NCBI GenBank assembly: GCA_964016885.1
Contig: OZ024742.1
Location: forward strand, 262,384,001 to 262,448,000
Direction: 5' to 3'
Source: Eledone cirrhosa
Lineage: Eukaryota
DNA length: 64,000 nucleotides
The notes beneath the pieces were generated by a model, which was given only the letters and a program-made list of their open reading frames with translations, was not told where the DNA came from and searched no databases. The translations under genes and the position numbers were made by a program. Of this stretch, positions 15,464-27,669 are shown in pieces (positions within the stretch are counted from its first letter, which is position 1; each line of letters opens with the position of its first letter).

Positions 15464-16720
15464 CTTGCAGACTATGCATTTCTTATCAGCACAGGGGGAT
15501 CTTTGAAATGGGTATGTTTTACTAATTAGGGTTTTTATGGGAATAGCTCGTCTTTTAACTATCTTAATATTTAATTTGAGCTTGTCTAGGGTCCTTCTAA
15601 ATCTGTAAACTAGTTTGCATCAATGATGCAAATGGGACTTTCCCCGTGTATAGGAGCAAATTTTGGAACAGAATAGAAAGGATTAAGAATAAGACAAGTA
15701 AAATCAATTCATGGTTTGATAGCAATTAATACCAGAGTGTAATGTTCGTCAATACACCCACTAGAGGCGAACTACCTTGCAAATTTAGAAGGGCCCTAGA
15801 CAAGCTAAAATTAAATATTAAGATAGTTGAAAGACCAAGTATTCCCATAAAACCCCTAATTAGTAAAACATACTCATTTCAAAGATCCCCATCTGCTGAT
15901 AGGAAATGCATAGTCTTGCAAGCCTAACCCGCAAATTAACTGTAAAAATAGGAACGTAGTAAGTAGCGTCAGATGTACTGAGGGACAGTGTAGGAATAAG
16001 AATATAACATACATAGGTGAAACACCCCATAGCATAGGAGAAAGGATAAGTGAACACTGGCGGGAACTCCAGGATGGGAAAAACTCATCAGTACTCCACC
16101 AACATGCCAAAATAGAACATAGGGGCACATTAGAGAACATAGAGATAAACATTATATCAAACCAGAAAAATGCAATGCTCAGACAAATCACAGAGGCAAT
16201 AAATATAGACGATCTCCAACCAAAACTAAACAGAAAACATGAGTGGAATAGCAACACCACAACTAGTAATTAAGGACAAAATGTGACATACAGACACACA
16301 CAAAAACCAAACTAACAAAACAAATCAGACTCACACAGATAGAACAAACAACCAACTAGTGATAAGTATATAAACACACAAATAAATAAATAAATAAATA
16401 AATAAAACACACACACCCGGATGTAACGCATGCGCAAACTAAGCACACAACACACAAAAACAAGATGGTGTAGGACAGAATAAAGGAGAGACACAAAATA
16501 AAAACCTAGTCACTGAGGAGGTCACAGAATGTGTGACGAAAGAGCTTTGACAATATATAAACAACCATCCGGTTATCGAACCAACCAACTTGAAATTTAT
16601 AATAAATTGAAGTGAAAACCAACAGGTGCGAGTGTTTTTATTGGCAGCGTGACCCACCCAAAGTATAACAATATCTGTTTCAACACACGTATTCAAATAA
16701 GAAATCTTGCAAAACAAATT
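15464..16720 (+). mobile_element. 5'-truncated PLE (tentatively Naiad-like) with 5' inversion
   Basis: FVNTPTRGEL..KIVERP..TYIGET..ERISEH..SSVLHQH..RQITEAI..LNRKHEW at 15740-16250. 15464-15608 is an inverted copy of 15778-15922. HHR in the 3' UTR. Confidence 0.8.
16509..16551 (+). ncRNA. Type I hammerhead in the PLE 3' UTR
   Basis: GUCA / CUGAGGA-G / GUCACA-GAAUG-UGUGAC / GAAAG-AG-CUU^ / UGAC. Confidence 0.78.
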
Positions 16721-16730
16721 CAGAAACGAA

Positions 16731-16808
<78 letters not shown>

Positions 16809-17234
16809 ATATATCCACGTGGATATATATATATATGTATATATATCCACGTGGATTTAGTAACGGGTTCCCTTGTATTATTGAACTAAACGCCTGTTGA
16901 AAAAGTGGTTTCCTTGTTCATCACCTTACCAGAAGCCGGATACTTTTTATGTAAGCTGACGGTAACTGATTTAGGAGCCGCAGAGACCCAAATGCTGGAA
17001 TTTACCATCTTTCCAGGGGGTCCGGGTAAATTTTTCATTCATATATATTTTTATTTGTCTGACCCGAATTTGGTCGTATTTTCGGCTGTGCAAATGATTG
17101 TTTAAGCATCGTCTCAGTGTGTTGGTATTAAACGTTAGTTATAGCTCTGGTTTATCCAAACTATTGAGCACTTTGCCACACATTTCGAAGATTGTGTTTC
17201 GTTATTTCGTGGGCCGAGGTTCCGATTCTCGATA

Positions 17235-17268
<34 letters not shown>

Positions 17269-17415
17269 GTTAAAATACTGGAGTGTGTTGGAGTTAAACA
17301 CCCTCTTCGTATTATAGAAATGACAGTAAAAGGTATAGCTCAATGTAGTTAAACAGAGCCGAAAAATTAAGAGAGTAAAACAAAAAAGCCTTCAATACAT
17401 CAGAAGTCTTTATTA

Positions 17416-17453
17416 GCCGACAATGTTTCGTCCTATTAAGGACTCATCAGGGC
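17416..17453 (-). ncRNA. Canonical minimal type I hammerhead ribozyme (3' pLTR)
   Basis: GCC / CUGAUGA / GUCCU-UAAU-AGGAC / GAAAC-AUU-GUC^ / GGC. All core positions are canonical. Confidence 0.9.
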
Positions 17454-19015
17454 AATTAAAACAATAAGAAGTAATATCGGCAGATACAAGCCGGAAGCTC
17501 CGAAGAATATGGAGTGTACATACACTAAAGTATTGCAAAAATGTATAATAAAAATAATAAAAATATATAATAAAAATTACTAAGGATGTATATAACATTA
17601 AGAACCATATTACAAATATAGTCCAAAGCAAAAAAAACCTAGAGCTAAACAAAGGTGGTTATATATAGCAGGAATTATATATAATACAATGTAATATAAT
17701 ATAATATAATATAATATACCTTTACCAACATGAAAATTACAATAAAAATCAAAAGGTACAATATGCATATGTATATATGTGCGCACACGTACACACACAT
17801 ACACATACAACAATACACACATCCATCTTCAACTGCACAAATTAAACCTTATTAAGAGTTTGAATATAAAAATAAGCAAGATAGGAATGAAAATAATAAT
17901 AATAATATTACTAATACGTCTATCCAATATACATGAGGTAATAATATGATATAATTATAAGTAGCACATATAATAAATAATAAATAATACAGTTATATAC
18001 TATATAATACAATATAATAGGATAGATAATCTCCGGTTAATTTACACAAACAATATAGATGTCACAATAATAATATAATAATAATATATTAACATTTACA
18101 ATATACAATATACTAACATTTATAATAAACAATATAAAGGTACTCAAGTTAACAAATCAATTCATACTGGGTTACAGAGTAGGTGAGGAAAAATAAATTG
18201 TACAATACCTCAAAAAAATTTTGATGGTACAAAAGTTCAAACATCTTACATGATATATAAAGTTTAACATATCATAATGTTACATATAATTAACGGTAAG
18301 TAATAAGGATCAACATTACAATAAAAAATACAATATAATATAATATATTATATAAAATAAATTAATATAATATAATATATAATTACTTATAATTACAAGG
18401 TTGGTAGACAGACATGTATATGGATGAGTGAGTAAGTGCCAGACAGTAAATATAATGCACAGTAGTATAACAAATAAAATATAAAATATAAAATATAGAA
18501 TAAAGTAAATAAATAGAATCAACCGGAAATTAAAAAAACAAAAACAAACGTATACATTTAGGTCTCACATGCAGTTAAGTAGTTAAGTAAAAACTAAGGA
18601 AACAACCCCTGTAAATGACTCAAAAACCCTATTTGATAAATTAATATTAAAAATATTTAAACTATTCAATAAGGCAGTATAATATTAGCTATAGTTTAAG
18701 TCATTAAAGTTTATAAACGTTAATATTTCGTTACAAATGTTTACAAAAAGGAATGAACATTTTTTATTATCATATACATAACGATATCTAAAGAACTGAC
18801 TTAAGCAGAATTAAGGTAGGCTAATAGGGACAGAAATGGAGAAATATATGGAGGATGCAAAGGGGCATAAAATATAGTCGATATACTATATTACATAATA
18901 GAAAGGAGCGTAAAGGATGGGGGGGGGGGTTAAATATAATATAATCATAGTCAATTTGGAGGGGTTGACACTAAGTTTATGTGCGCATGGGAAGGGGGTT
19001 CCAAAGAAGAATCCG

Positions 19016-19188
19016 AATAAAAATAAAAATAAAAATAAAAATAAAAATAAAAATAAAAATAAAAATAAAAATAAAAATAAAAATAAAAATAAAAATAAAA
19101 ATAAAAATAAAAATAAAAATAAAAATAAAAATAAAAATAAAAATAAAAATAAAAATAAAAATAAAAATAAAAATAAAATAAAATAAAT
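19016..19188. repeat. (AAAAAT)n hexanucleotide microsatellite in the PLE 3' UTR
   Basis: Direct reading. Confidence 0.97.
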
Positions 19189-19389
19189 AGCGTAAAATAT
19201 ATAATCTTATATACATTCATACGGTGTAATAGTGAAAATCTAATGCATAAGATAGATATGGTACAGTAGCCAAAAGATTATGAGAGCTAGAATAAAGATT
19301 CATCAAAAACCAATGATAATAATGATGATAATAATAATGTTGGCAAACAAAAGAACCTAAACTAAAAAATAAATAATGGAATATACCAG

Positions 19390-22047
19390 CTAATGGGTAC
19401 AATTTGTACTACTAGAACGTTTAGGTTTATAATAAAAGTATGAATTAGAAATAGCATGGGGGCAAGAAGAGAATATCTCAGACTTTCTATTAAGTAAAGA
19501 TGCGCTAGAGAAGATTATAGAGTGTGTCTCGAGGATACAGAGATTACAAAACTTAGTATGTGTAGAAAGGTAGTTAGAGCGTGCTACTAAACGCCAGTTA
19601 AGGCTATATGGTATATTAGCTCCCTTAAGATCCCAGATATAATGTGCTAAAGAAGTAGAATTCTTAAACTTAACATGCTTGAAATTAGAGATATGAGAGT
19701 TAAACCTAGTCTTAAAAGTGTTAGATGTAGAGCCTATATAAGTTCTATTAGAGGAATTAGTTATAACTTCGCAAGCATAGACAATGTTCTTAGAAAGGCA
19801 GTTACCGTTTAAAGGGCAGTTAGCACTCACTCTACAATTGCACTTCCGGGTGTTATTGGTTGACTCAAGTGGTGATGCATTACACGTAGGATTGCTATTA
19901 GATAAGGACTGTTCTGGTGGTAATGCATTGCCAGATCTGTTCAGACTAGTAGTATGTAGAGAGGAGAATCCATCCCTAATTTTCCTATTGTTAGTGCTAG
20001 CTAAATGAGAACTAATATTAGGGGTGGTAGAGAATGAAAGTTTAATAACATTTTTATTAAAAATACTATGGTATTTATGAGAAGGGGGGAAATTTTTCTC
20101 TAAGATAGAGAAGAAAGACCTAGGGATATTAGTTGATACTTCCTGATTATATGGCGGGTTAAAATAAGTATTTAATCGCCTTCTATTTTTATTCTTACCG
20201 ACTCTACCATTATCAAATATCCCACCATCGAGACTAGGGTTACTACAAGGATTAGTTAAAGCCGCATTCATAGAATCAGCCAAAATTTCATTAAGTCTAT
20301 TACAGTTTCTACCTCCAGTAGATCTGCTGCTGTCCGGAATCCCATCATAAGGATTAGGGCCAATGATAGGATCAGTAGGAGCAACATTATTAGAATAAGA
20401 TCCAGCAAAATTATCACCAATGTGTGAGCGCTCAGGGGGTTCAACTTGTTTCCGGTGGGTTAACTTATGGATGGGTTCAGATACACCTATATAATTTTTA
20501 CGGTTACTATGTTTGCTACTCCCATTCATGGCCATGTTATGTGATATTATGTTATTATTATTAAAAGTAGACGGAGACTTTCTAAGGTTACTATTATTAT
20601 ATTGTATTTTACTAGAGTAACCTGAATTTGCCAGGGCATTATTATAGTACTCCGCATGTTCATTAAATGTTCCTACGTCCTTAGAGAGTGTGGAAATCCT
20701 ATTAGATACACCCTTAATTATAGAGCTTATCATAGACTTGGGGTGGTTAGAATTGGGACTAACATAAGAAAGTATTTCATTAGGCTTATGGAAGGGTTTA
20801 AAACTATTAGTGACCAAGTCCAAAGTCACATCTAAAAAGTTAACCGCTCTATCATTTCTATCTATCGTGATCGAAAGGTTATAGCTTTTAAAAAACTTAT
20901 AAAGCTTCTTCTTATTATGTTCTACATTGTTGGTGCTAGAGTTAATTACAAACAATGCATAATCACGATATAGTCCGCCTATAAGGTGCGGGAAGGTAGC
21001 ATATAGTTCATTAAGGAGGAACAACCCAACAAGATCAGTAACCTGGGCCGAATCACTCGAACCCATTGTAACGTCGAAATTATTGGGCGTGTTTTTACGG
21101 GTCCAAAATGTGTCCTCAAATTTAATAATAGTTTTACGGGCTGCTAGTATAATATCTACCTGTGATCGTGTAAGGCTGGACACTCTCATGGCCAACATTA
21201 AGGCTTTATTGAGGAGGATGGGTGAAATTGATGTGTAGTAGGCATCAATATCGAATTGGATAAACTTATTAGATTCAAGTCTATTAATCCCGGAGAACCA
21301 ATCTATAACTTCCTTAGTGTTCCCCCATAGGTTAAAATTAACCTTATCCCTAACATCTGGTATAATAAGGTCAAGGATTTTTTTACTGATAATGGCTATA
21401 TCAGACTTAGAAGGACAGATGAGTCTAACAGAGGGGTTACTAATAAAATCAACCTTATGATCCTTAAGAGTGAATCTCGGTTCTCGAGGGTAATATGGCT
21501 GGGTATACTTATCGAGGCCGAGGTCAGAGACAATTCTAAGGCCATCACTATTGATGTGGTTCAAATTCTCAAGCGTAGTTTTTTTATAGTTTCTATGCAG
21601 CTCCTTATAAATAAAGTCGCGGTAAGCACTATAATCCATGGAGTATAGATTCTTAGTCTTATCTGCCGGGACAAGAATGGACTTATTCTCACCGAAACCC
21701 TTAACAATATTTTTAAGTCTAGACTGGAACTTATCGAAATTATTATAATTTCTATGTCTATTATTTGGCCTATACCTAATATTTTTGACAAGAGAGAGTA
21801 AGTCACTTTCAAAACTATCTAACAGAATATTGTGTGGTGGGCTCTTATAAGTTTTGAAGCCGTAGTTATTAAAATTAGTTCTATTCCTGGGGTCCTTCCT
21901 ATTCTTATTATTATCATAGTGGAAAGCACGCCATCTAATCCTTTTTACAAAGGAGTTAACACTAGCTATCAATAGTTTTCCGTAAGTATTCTTAGAGGGG
22001 GTGGGAATATTCTTCAGAGATAAAGGCAGGTAACTCTTTGTTAGCAT
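19390..22047 (-). CDS. PLE reverse transcriptase + GIY-YIG endonuclease (open frame from 22200; likely ATG at 22047)
   Basis: SLKNIPTPS, VPADKT, FIQFDIDAYYTSI, FDVTMGS, GLYRDY, VNFLDVTLDL, SNHP, CNCR..CPLNGNC, IVYACEV..YIGST..FKTR, CNLCILE, LLNRKSE..CPH. Confidence 0.92.
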   Translation of the reverse strand: MLTKSYLPLSLKNIPTPSKNTYGKLLIASVNSFVKRIRWRAFHYDNNKNRKDPRNRTNFNNYGFKTYKSPPHNILLDSFESDLLSLVKNIRYRPNNRHRNYNNFDKFQSRLKNIVKGFGENKSILVPADKTKNLYSMDYSAYRDFIYKELHRNYKKTTLENLNHINSDGLRIVSDLGLDKYTQPYYPREPRFTLKDHKVDFISNPSVRLICPSKSDIAIISKKILDLIIPDVRDKVNFNLWGNTKEVIDWFSGINRLESNKFIQFDIDAYYTSISPILLNKALMLAMRVSSLTRSQVDIILAARKTIIKFEDTFWTRKNTPNNFDVTMGSSDSAQVTDLVGLFLLNELYATFPHLIGGLYRDYALFVINSSTNNVEHNKKKLYKFFKSYNLSITIDRNDRAVNFLDVTLDLVTNSFKPFHKPNEILSYVSPNSNHPKSMISSIIKGVSNRISTLSKDVGTFNEHAEYYNNALANSGYSSKIQYNNSNLRKSPSTFNNNNIISHNMAMNGSSKHSNRKNYIGVSEPIHKLTHRKQVEPPERSHIGDNFAGSYSNNVAPTDPIIGPNPYDGIPDSSRSTGGRNCNRLNEILADSMNAALTNPCSNPSLDGGIFDNGRVGKNKNRRRLNTYFNPPYNQEVSTNIPRSFFSILEKNFPPSHKYHSIFNKNVIKLSFSTTPNISSHLASTNNRKIRDGFSSLHTTSLNRSGNALPPEQSLSNSNPTCNASPLESTNNTRKCNCRVSANCPLNGNCLSKNIVYACEVITNSSNRTYIGSTSNTFKTRFNSHISNFKHVKFKNSTSLAHYIWDLKGANIPYSLNWRLVARSNYLSTHTKFCNLCILETHSIIFSSASLLNRKSEIFSSCPHAISNSYFYYKPKRSSSTNCTH

Positions 22048-22279
22048 ACTGTCAAATATATATATATAAAGGCCAACATACCAGTATATATGAGGAAGCT
22101 CAACCGATCGGGAGCAGTGACAAGGGTTAAAATACTGGAGTGTGTTGGAGTTAAACACCCTCTTCGTATTATAGAAATGACAGTAAAAGGTATAGCTCAA
22201 TGTAGTTAAACAGAGCCGAAAAATTAAGAGAGTAAAACAAAAAAGCCTTCAATACATCAAAAGTCTTTATTAGCCGACA

Positions 22280-22364
22280 ATGTTACGTATATGTTACGTA
22301 TGTTACGTATATGTTACGTATATGTTACGTATATGTTACGTATATGTTACGACAATGTTACGTA
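22280..22364 (+). repeat. Eight tandem ATGTTACG(TAT) units at the PLE 5' junction
   Basis: Direct reading; one unit regains the acaatgtt of the pLTR end. Confidence 0.95.
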
Positions 22365-22629
22365 ATATTCCAATTATACGTATATATATATATATATATA
22401 CGTATAATTGGATACTTAGTAAAATCGAATCTCTGGCGGTTTGCAAGCAAATTCGGCCTACTATATGAAATAATGAGTTAGCAAAGCACTCGATAAGGTA
22501 GGTCCTTAGAGTAATAACATACGTTTAAATAGCTTGACAAATTGAACATTGTGGTAGGCAAAATCTAACACACAATAACATACCAAAGTAACGATAGAAC
22601 TAACAGGTTGAGAAAAAAATAAATATATA

Positions 22630-22946
22630 TAATTGTTTCTACTTTAGGCACAAGTCCAGCAAATACCCAGTGCATTACTGGTACTTTATTTTATCGACCC
22701 CGTAAGGATGAAAGGCAAAGTCAACCTCGGCGGGATTTGAACTCAGATCGTAAAGGGACGTAACTATGCTGGAAAGCATGGCGTCCGACCCTCTACCGAT
22801 ACTGCCAATCCACCGCCATATATATATATATATATATATAATTGTTTCTACTTTTGGCACAAAGCCAGCAATTATCCAGTGTATTACTGGTACTTTATTT
22901 TTTTTTTATCGACCCCGTAAGGATGAAAGGCAAAGTTAACCTTGCC
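22630..22946 (-). mobile_element. Two tandem SINE copies (one full, one 5'-truncated)
   Basis: Same family as 12944-13120. Confidence 0.9.
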
Positions 22947-23050
22947 CTCAGAAAGTATTAGACTATGGTGGGAGACAACTGCTCACGTCACCTCCGTGTA
23001 GTGGAATCGAACCAAGAATCACGTAGTCAGTTTCATTAGGTTGTCGTTTC

Positions 23051-23295
<245 letters not shown>

Positions 23296-23511
23296 GTGAC
23301 ATGACTAGGAAAGGGTGGGGACGTATAAAAAACATCAACCTTGAAATGCCAAAAGCTACATTCCTCCCAAGCACCCCTTTCACACACAATATCACCAAGA
23401 TCAGCAGCAAATCACCAGCACCATCACTACCATAACAGTTATACCCTACCCCAGTACTGGCAGTAGAATTCCACCCCCACCCCACTTCCACTACCAGTAC
23501 TACAACAATTA

Positions 23512-23615
23512 CACCACCATCAGAATACCCCCCCCTATTCTCACCACCATCAGAATACCCCCCCTATTCTCACCACCATCAGAATACCCCCCCCCCCCCT
23601 ATTCTCACCACCATC
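23512..23615. repeat. ~28-bp minisatellite caccaccatcagaatac(C)ntattct x3.5
   Basis: Direct reading. Confidence 0.9.
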
Positions 23616-23671
23616 ACCACATTTTCTCCTTCCATATGACAACCTACTTTGATATGTAATGTTAGTTTATA

Positions 23672-23714
<43 letters not shown>

Positions 23715-23849
23715 CATGTATGTGTGTGTGTGTGTATAATGTATAATTCACACTAACGAATTCTTGGAATGTTCTGATACAATCAATATGAAATTTCTAG
23801 AAAATTCGTAGCTCTTTTTATTTTGTATCCTTAATAACTCGGCCATGTT

Positions 23850-23902
<53 letters not shown>

Positions 23903-23963
23903 AACACACACACACACTCACTCACTCACTCACTCACACACACATACACACACACACACACGT

Positions 23964-24034
<71 letters not shown>

Positions 24035-24049
24035 GTTAAAAGGAGAACA

Positions 24050-24102
24050 CACCTGAAGAAACTTGTGGAATTCAAGCTGGAACGGACGAGTACTCCGTTG
24101 AG
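24050..24102 (+). ncRNA. Degenerate hammerhead-like motif
   Basis: CUGAAGA / aaCUUG..CAAGcu / GGAAC-GGA..UCC-GUU^. A13G change and weak stem I. Confidence 0.45.
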
Positions 24103-24996
24103 ACTACGTTTTAACTCTCGGCATTTATCTCATAAATTTTCATTTATATATATGTGTGTGGGGTATATATATAAAAAACAAAGAGAGCTTGGTAAAATAC
24201 CAGGTGGACCATAACGCACCAGAGTACTCAATACTTAGAGTAGTAGAGTGGGTAATATATTCTAGCAGAAGTACCCTAACCCCAACCCTGAACCTAAACC
24301 TAACTTAAGCCTTCCGTTTTTCGAACTGGAGACGGATAATTTGCGGATAAATTGACCTGAATGGCAGTAGTATAAGTGTATCAAACTAGATAAACTGAGT
24401 TTGTGCTAGTACGCCGAAATTTCCCACTCGCTCGATGATTTCACAGGACTTGCATTTCCGCAGTGCCTGTCCGTGATTCAGAACGCACACATTTAGTTAT
24501 TAGTGGTTAAGTTCGGGATTATGTGCGAGTGTTAAACAATTCAGCCCGGACCAAACGAAATCGTTGGTTTCTTCTCCGTATCCTGTGCATTGTGGTGCAA
24601 TAGTTGCACCCACTACACAGAAGCCACGCATTAATTCCAGAATCATCGGGAAGGAACGGACGCGACCAGAATCAACACAAAGATTCGTCAACGGGAAAGG
24701 ATCCATTATGTTCTATCGCAAAGGTCTACTAGGGATTTAGTAGCAGTTTCAGACTGCCACTGTCACCACATGACATATATATAAAAGCAGAAATTTCACA
24801 CGGAAAAGCAGTTAGATTAAGTCATACAAACAACTGCACCAGAACCTCGTCAACAACCTAATATCGTGCAATTTCGTGTATCAAAGAAGGATTTCCCTTC
24901 TGCTACAAATGTCAGTTTGCGCAACAGATTGGAGAACCGTTTTGTAAATATCACTCTGAGATTAAATAAAATTGTATTGCTTAGGTTCGTGTACAC

Positions 24997-25089
<93 letters not shown>

Positions 25090-25091
<2 letters not shown>

Positions 25092-25261
25092 CTGTTTCTA
25101 CTTTAGGCACAAGGCCAGCAATTACCCAGTGCATTACTGGTACTTTATTTTATCGACCCCGTAAGGATGAAAGGCAAAGTCAACCTCGGCGGGATTTGAA
25201 CTCAGATCGTAAAGGGACATAACTATGCTGGACCCTCCACCGACACTGCCAATCCACCGCC

Positions 25262-25262
<1 letters not shown>
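25090..25262 (-). mobile_element. tRNA-derived SINE
   Basis: Same family as the other SINE copies. Confidence 0.9.
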
Positions 25263-25306
<44 letters not shown>

Positions 25307-25349
25307 GATATTAAACAAATGGAAACTATATTTATAAAACCATATTTAT

Positions 25350-25409
25350 TTCATTATACATATTTCAGGGATACCATATTAAAAATATAGCATGCCTTCT
25401 TCAGATAAA
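25350..25409 (-). ncRNA. Type I hammerhead, family H copy 1 (element from 25306)
   Basis: UUUAU / CUGAAGA / AGGcAUGCUAUAUU-UUU-AAUAUGGUAUcCCU / GAAAUAUGUAUA^ / AUGAA. Confidence 0.78.
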
Positions 25410-27048
25410 AATACAATATATAAGCAGTTTTATAAATAAATTTGACGTACCATAAATATTGATCAACTTCCATGTGCGAAGTTGGTTTGGTAGTGAGATG
25501 TTTATAAATATTTAGTGTTAAGCACAGTTAGAGAGAAAGACGGAGAAAAGGAAGAAGTGTATGTAAAGAAAAACAGAGAGAGATAGAGAGAGATAGGGGA
25601 GAGAGAAATAGTGAGGAGGTGAAAAATGAGAGGCAGCTGAGGCAACAGATGAATAATAATAATTCATCATACAAATTGAGAGATTTAGGAGGGAGGGAGT
25701 ACTGTAATTATTTATTTATTTATTTATTTATTTAGTTATAGTGTTAAGGAGACGGAGAGAAATAAAAAATAAATAAAGAGAAAACAGAGAGGTAGAGAAA
25801 GATAGAGGTGGGGGGAAAAAGAGGTAGACCGAATAATAATAATTATATATGGGGAGGTGAGAGAAATAGGAGAGAAGTAAGAGAGAAAACAATAGAGAAG
25901 CTAGAGGGGCAAAGTTAAAGTAGCCAATACTTAAATTTCATCATGTATAGAGGGAGGAGAAGAAAGAGCTATATCTAGAGAGAGGATGATAGATTTACAA
26001 CTTTACGTTATGTCCTATCAATTTGAATTATCAATTCATATGAATTGGGTATTATAATGTAAATATCAATATTCATGAATGAGACATAGATATATAATGT
26101 GTGAAAAATAATGACCATATGTTTAGTTTAAAAATTCTTAGGTCGATGTGCCAAAAACTGAGATAAAACTTCAAAAAATACGGAAATACATAAGTATATA
26201 GGTACTTTCCGGAAAAAGAAAGAAAGAGAAAAAGAGAAGGTCATCTCAAGTTCTAGTTGACACTATAGACATACCCGTGAAACTTACGTGATCAGCTCTG
26301 TAATTTCTTATTTCACATGAAAAAATTTTCCCTTGCGTTATATATATATTATGTTTTGCAAGGTTTTTTATATGAAATATATATTTATATCTGTATTTTT
26401 AACCGTTGGTCAATCAATGATAAACATTGATTGCCAGATAAATTAACTATATAGATATAAAAGACACAGAAGCAAAAACCAACCCAAACCAAACAGTGAG
26501 TGTGTTTTATTATTGTTTCTGGCAATATTATAACAATATGCCCCCCCCCCATATAACAATATAGGAGGGGGGGGGGGGGTAATATATATCATTGGTTCAT
26601 AGGTTTCAAACGACTCCGCCCACCTCAACGACGCCAAAGTTAAATTAATATGCATAATGCCAATGAGGGAGTGAGAGGGGAGAGTAAGAAACAGAGAGGC
26701 AAAGTGAACGCTGTAACTATTACCATGTGTCCGTGTGTATGTACGTACGCGTATGTTTATGTGTGTGTGCGTGCGTGCAGCGTTCCACAGAAAGTAAAAA
26801 CTATCAACATGTGTGAGTGTGTGCGTGTGTGTAAGTGCACGGGTGCGTGTGTAAGTTTGCGTGCGTGTGCGCGTTTCTATGCGTATATGTGTGTGTACGT
26901 GGGGCGTTCCACAATCGCCACGCAGTTTATCTGTCTGTGTGCCTGTCTGTCAGTCTAACATACATAGAGTTGTGAAGGGAGTAAATAGGGACCTTTTTTT
27001 ACATTGACAGACATCTTTTATATTTATTATTGTGTCATTTTTTGACAA

Positions 27049-27306
27049 TTGCTCGAAATGAATACTGATAATAAAAGCAATTCGACTTTATCAAACAGTG
27101 AACTACAGGGGCGACGGCGTGCAGCCAGGAATGAAGAAAAACGGGCCGAACAGCGCCATCGGAACGCCGAACTTCAGAGGCGAAGACGTGCCGCCATGAA
27201 TGAAGAGGAGCTGACTGAACAACGCCAACGAAACACTGGAGCCAAGCAGCGACGGCGTGCTGCGATAGTTGAAGACGAACTGGCTGAGCATCATCTTTTA
27301 TATTAA
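27049..27306 (+). pseudogene. Charged-repeat ORF fragment resembling Helitron RepHel N-terminal repeats
   Basis: Three ~23-aa units (RRRAA.NEEE..EQR.RN), next to a Helitron-like element. Comparable repeats at 42480-42790. Confidence 0.45.
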
Positions 27307-27321
27307 TTATCTATATCTATA

Positions 27322-27660
27322 TCTACATATAATATAAAAGATTGGAACTTCCATCATCCTTTTGAGAATCGTGGAACAACCACGTCTATCCAATGATACA
27401 CGTCTTACAGTCAGGCAGAAGATGAACCATCTCCTAGAGGTCACTATTCTAGGTGGGAGCACGTTCATATACTATGCATAAACGGTACAACGAAGAATCT
27501 GGTATATCTGGAAGATTTTTTTTACTGTTTTCTGTATCACACAGACACCACGGACTCGCCTCATACTTTAACCAGACAAACATCCAATACAGTCATTTTC
27601 TCTTTTATCTGTCTTCTCTTATCATCTGTTTACCCGGGCGAAGCTGGGTACGTCAGCTAG
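27322..27660 (+). mobile_element. Non-autonomous Helitron
   Basis: 5' TCTACATATAATATAAAAG. 3' hairpin acccgggcgaagctgggt followed by CTAG|T. Confidence 0.7.
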
Positions 27661-27669
27661 TTGTGTTAA

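Larger units (their letters stand above)
17265..22284 (-). mobile_element. Near-complete Penelope-like retroelement (tentatively Nematis-like) with direct pLTRs
   Basis: 163-bp direct repeat 17265-17427 = 22122-22284. Single RT + GIY-YIG ORF. HHR in the 3' pLTR. Inserted in (TA)n. Confidence 0.93.

Noticed and set aside
22048-22200. First 51 codons of the 936-aa ORF
   Set aside because: It starts at a non-ATG codon inside the pLTR; the conserved PLE sequence begins near the ATG at 22047.
24273-24305. ccctaac-like telomeric repeats
   Set aside because: Only about five degenerate units, probably part of a dispersed repeat.
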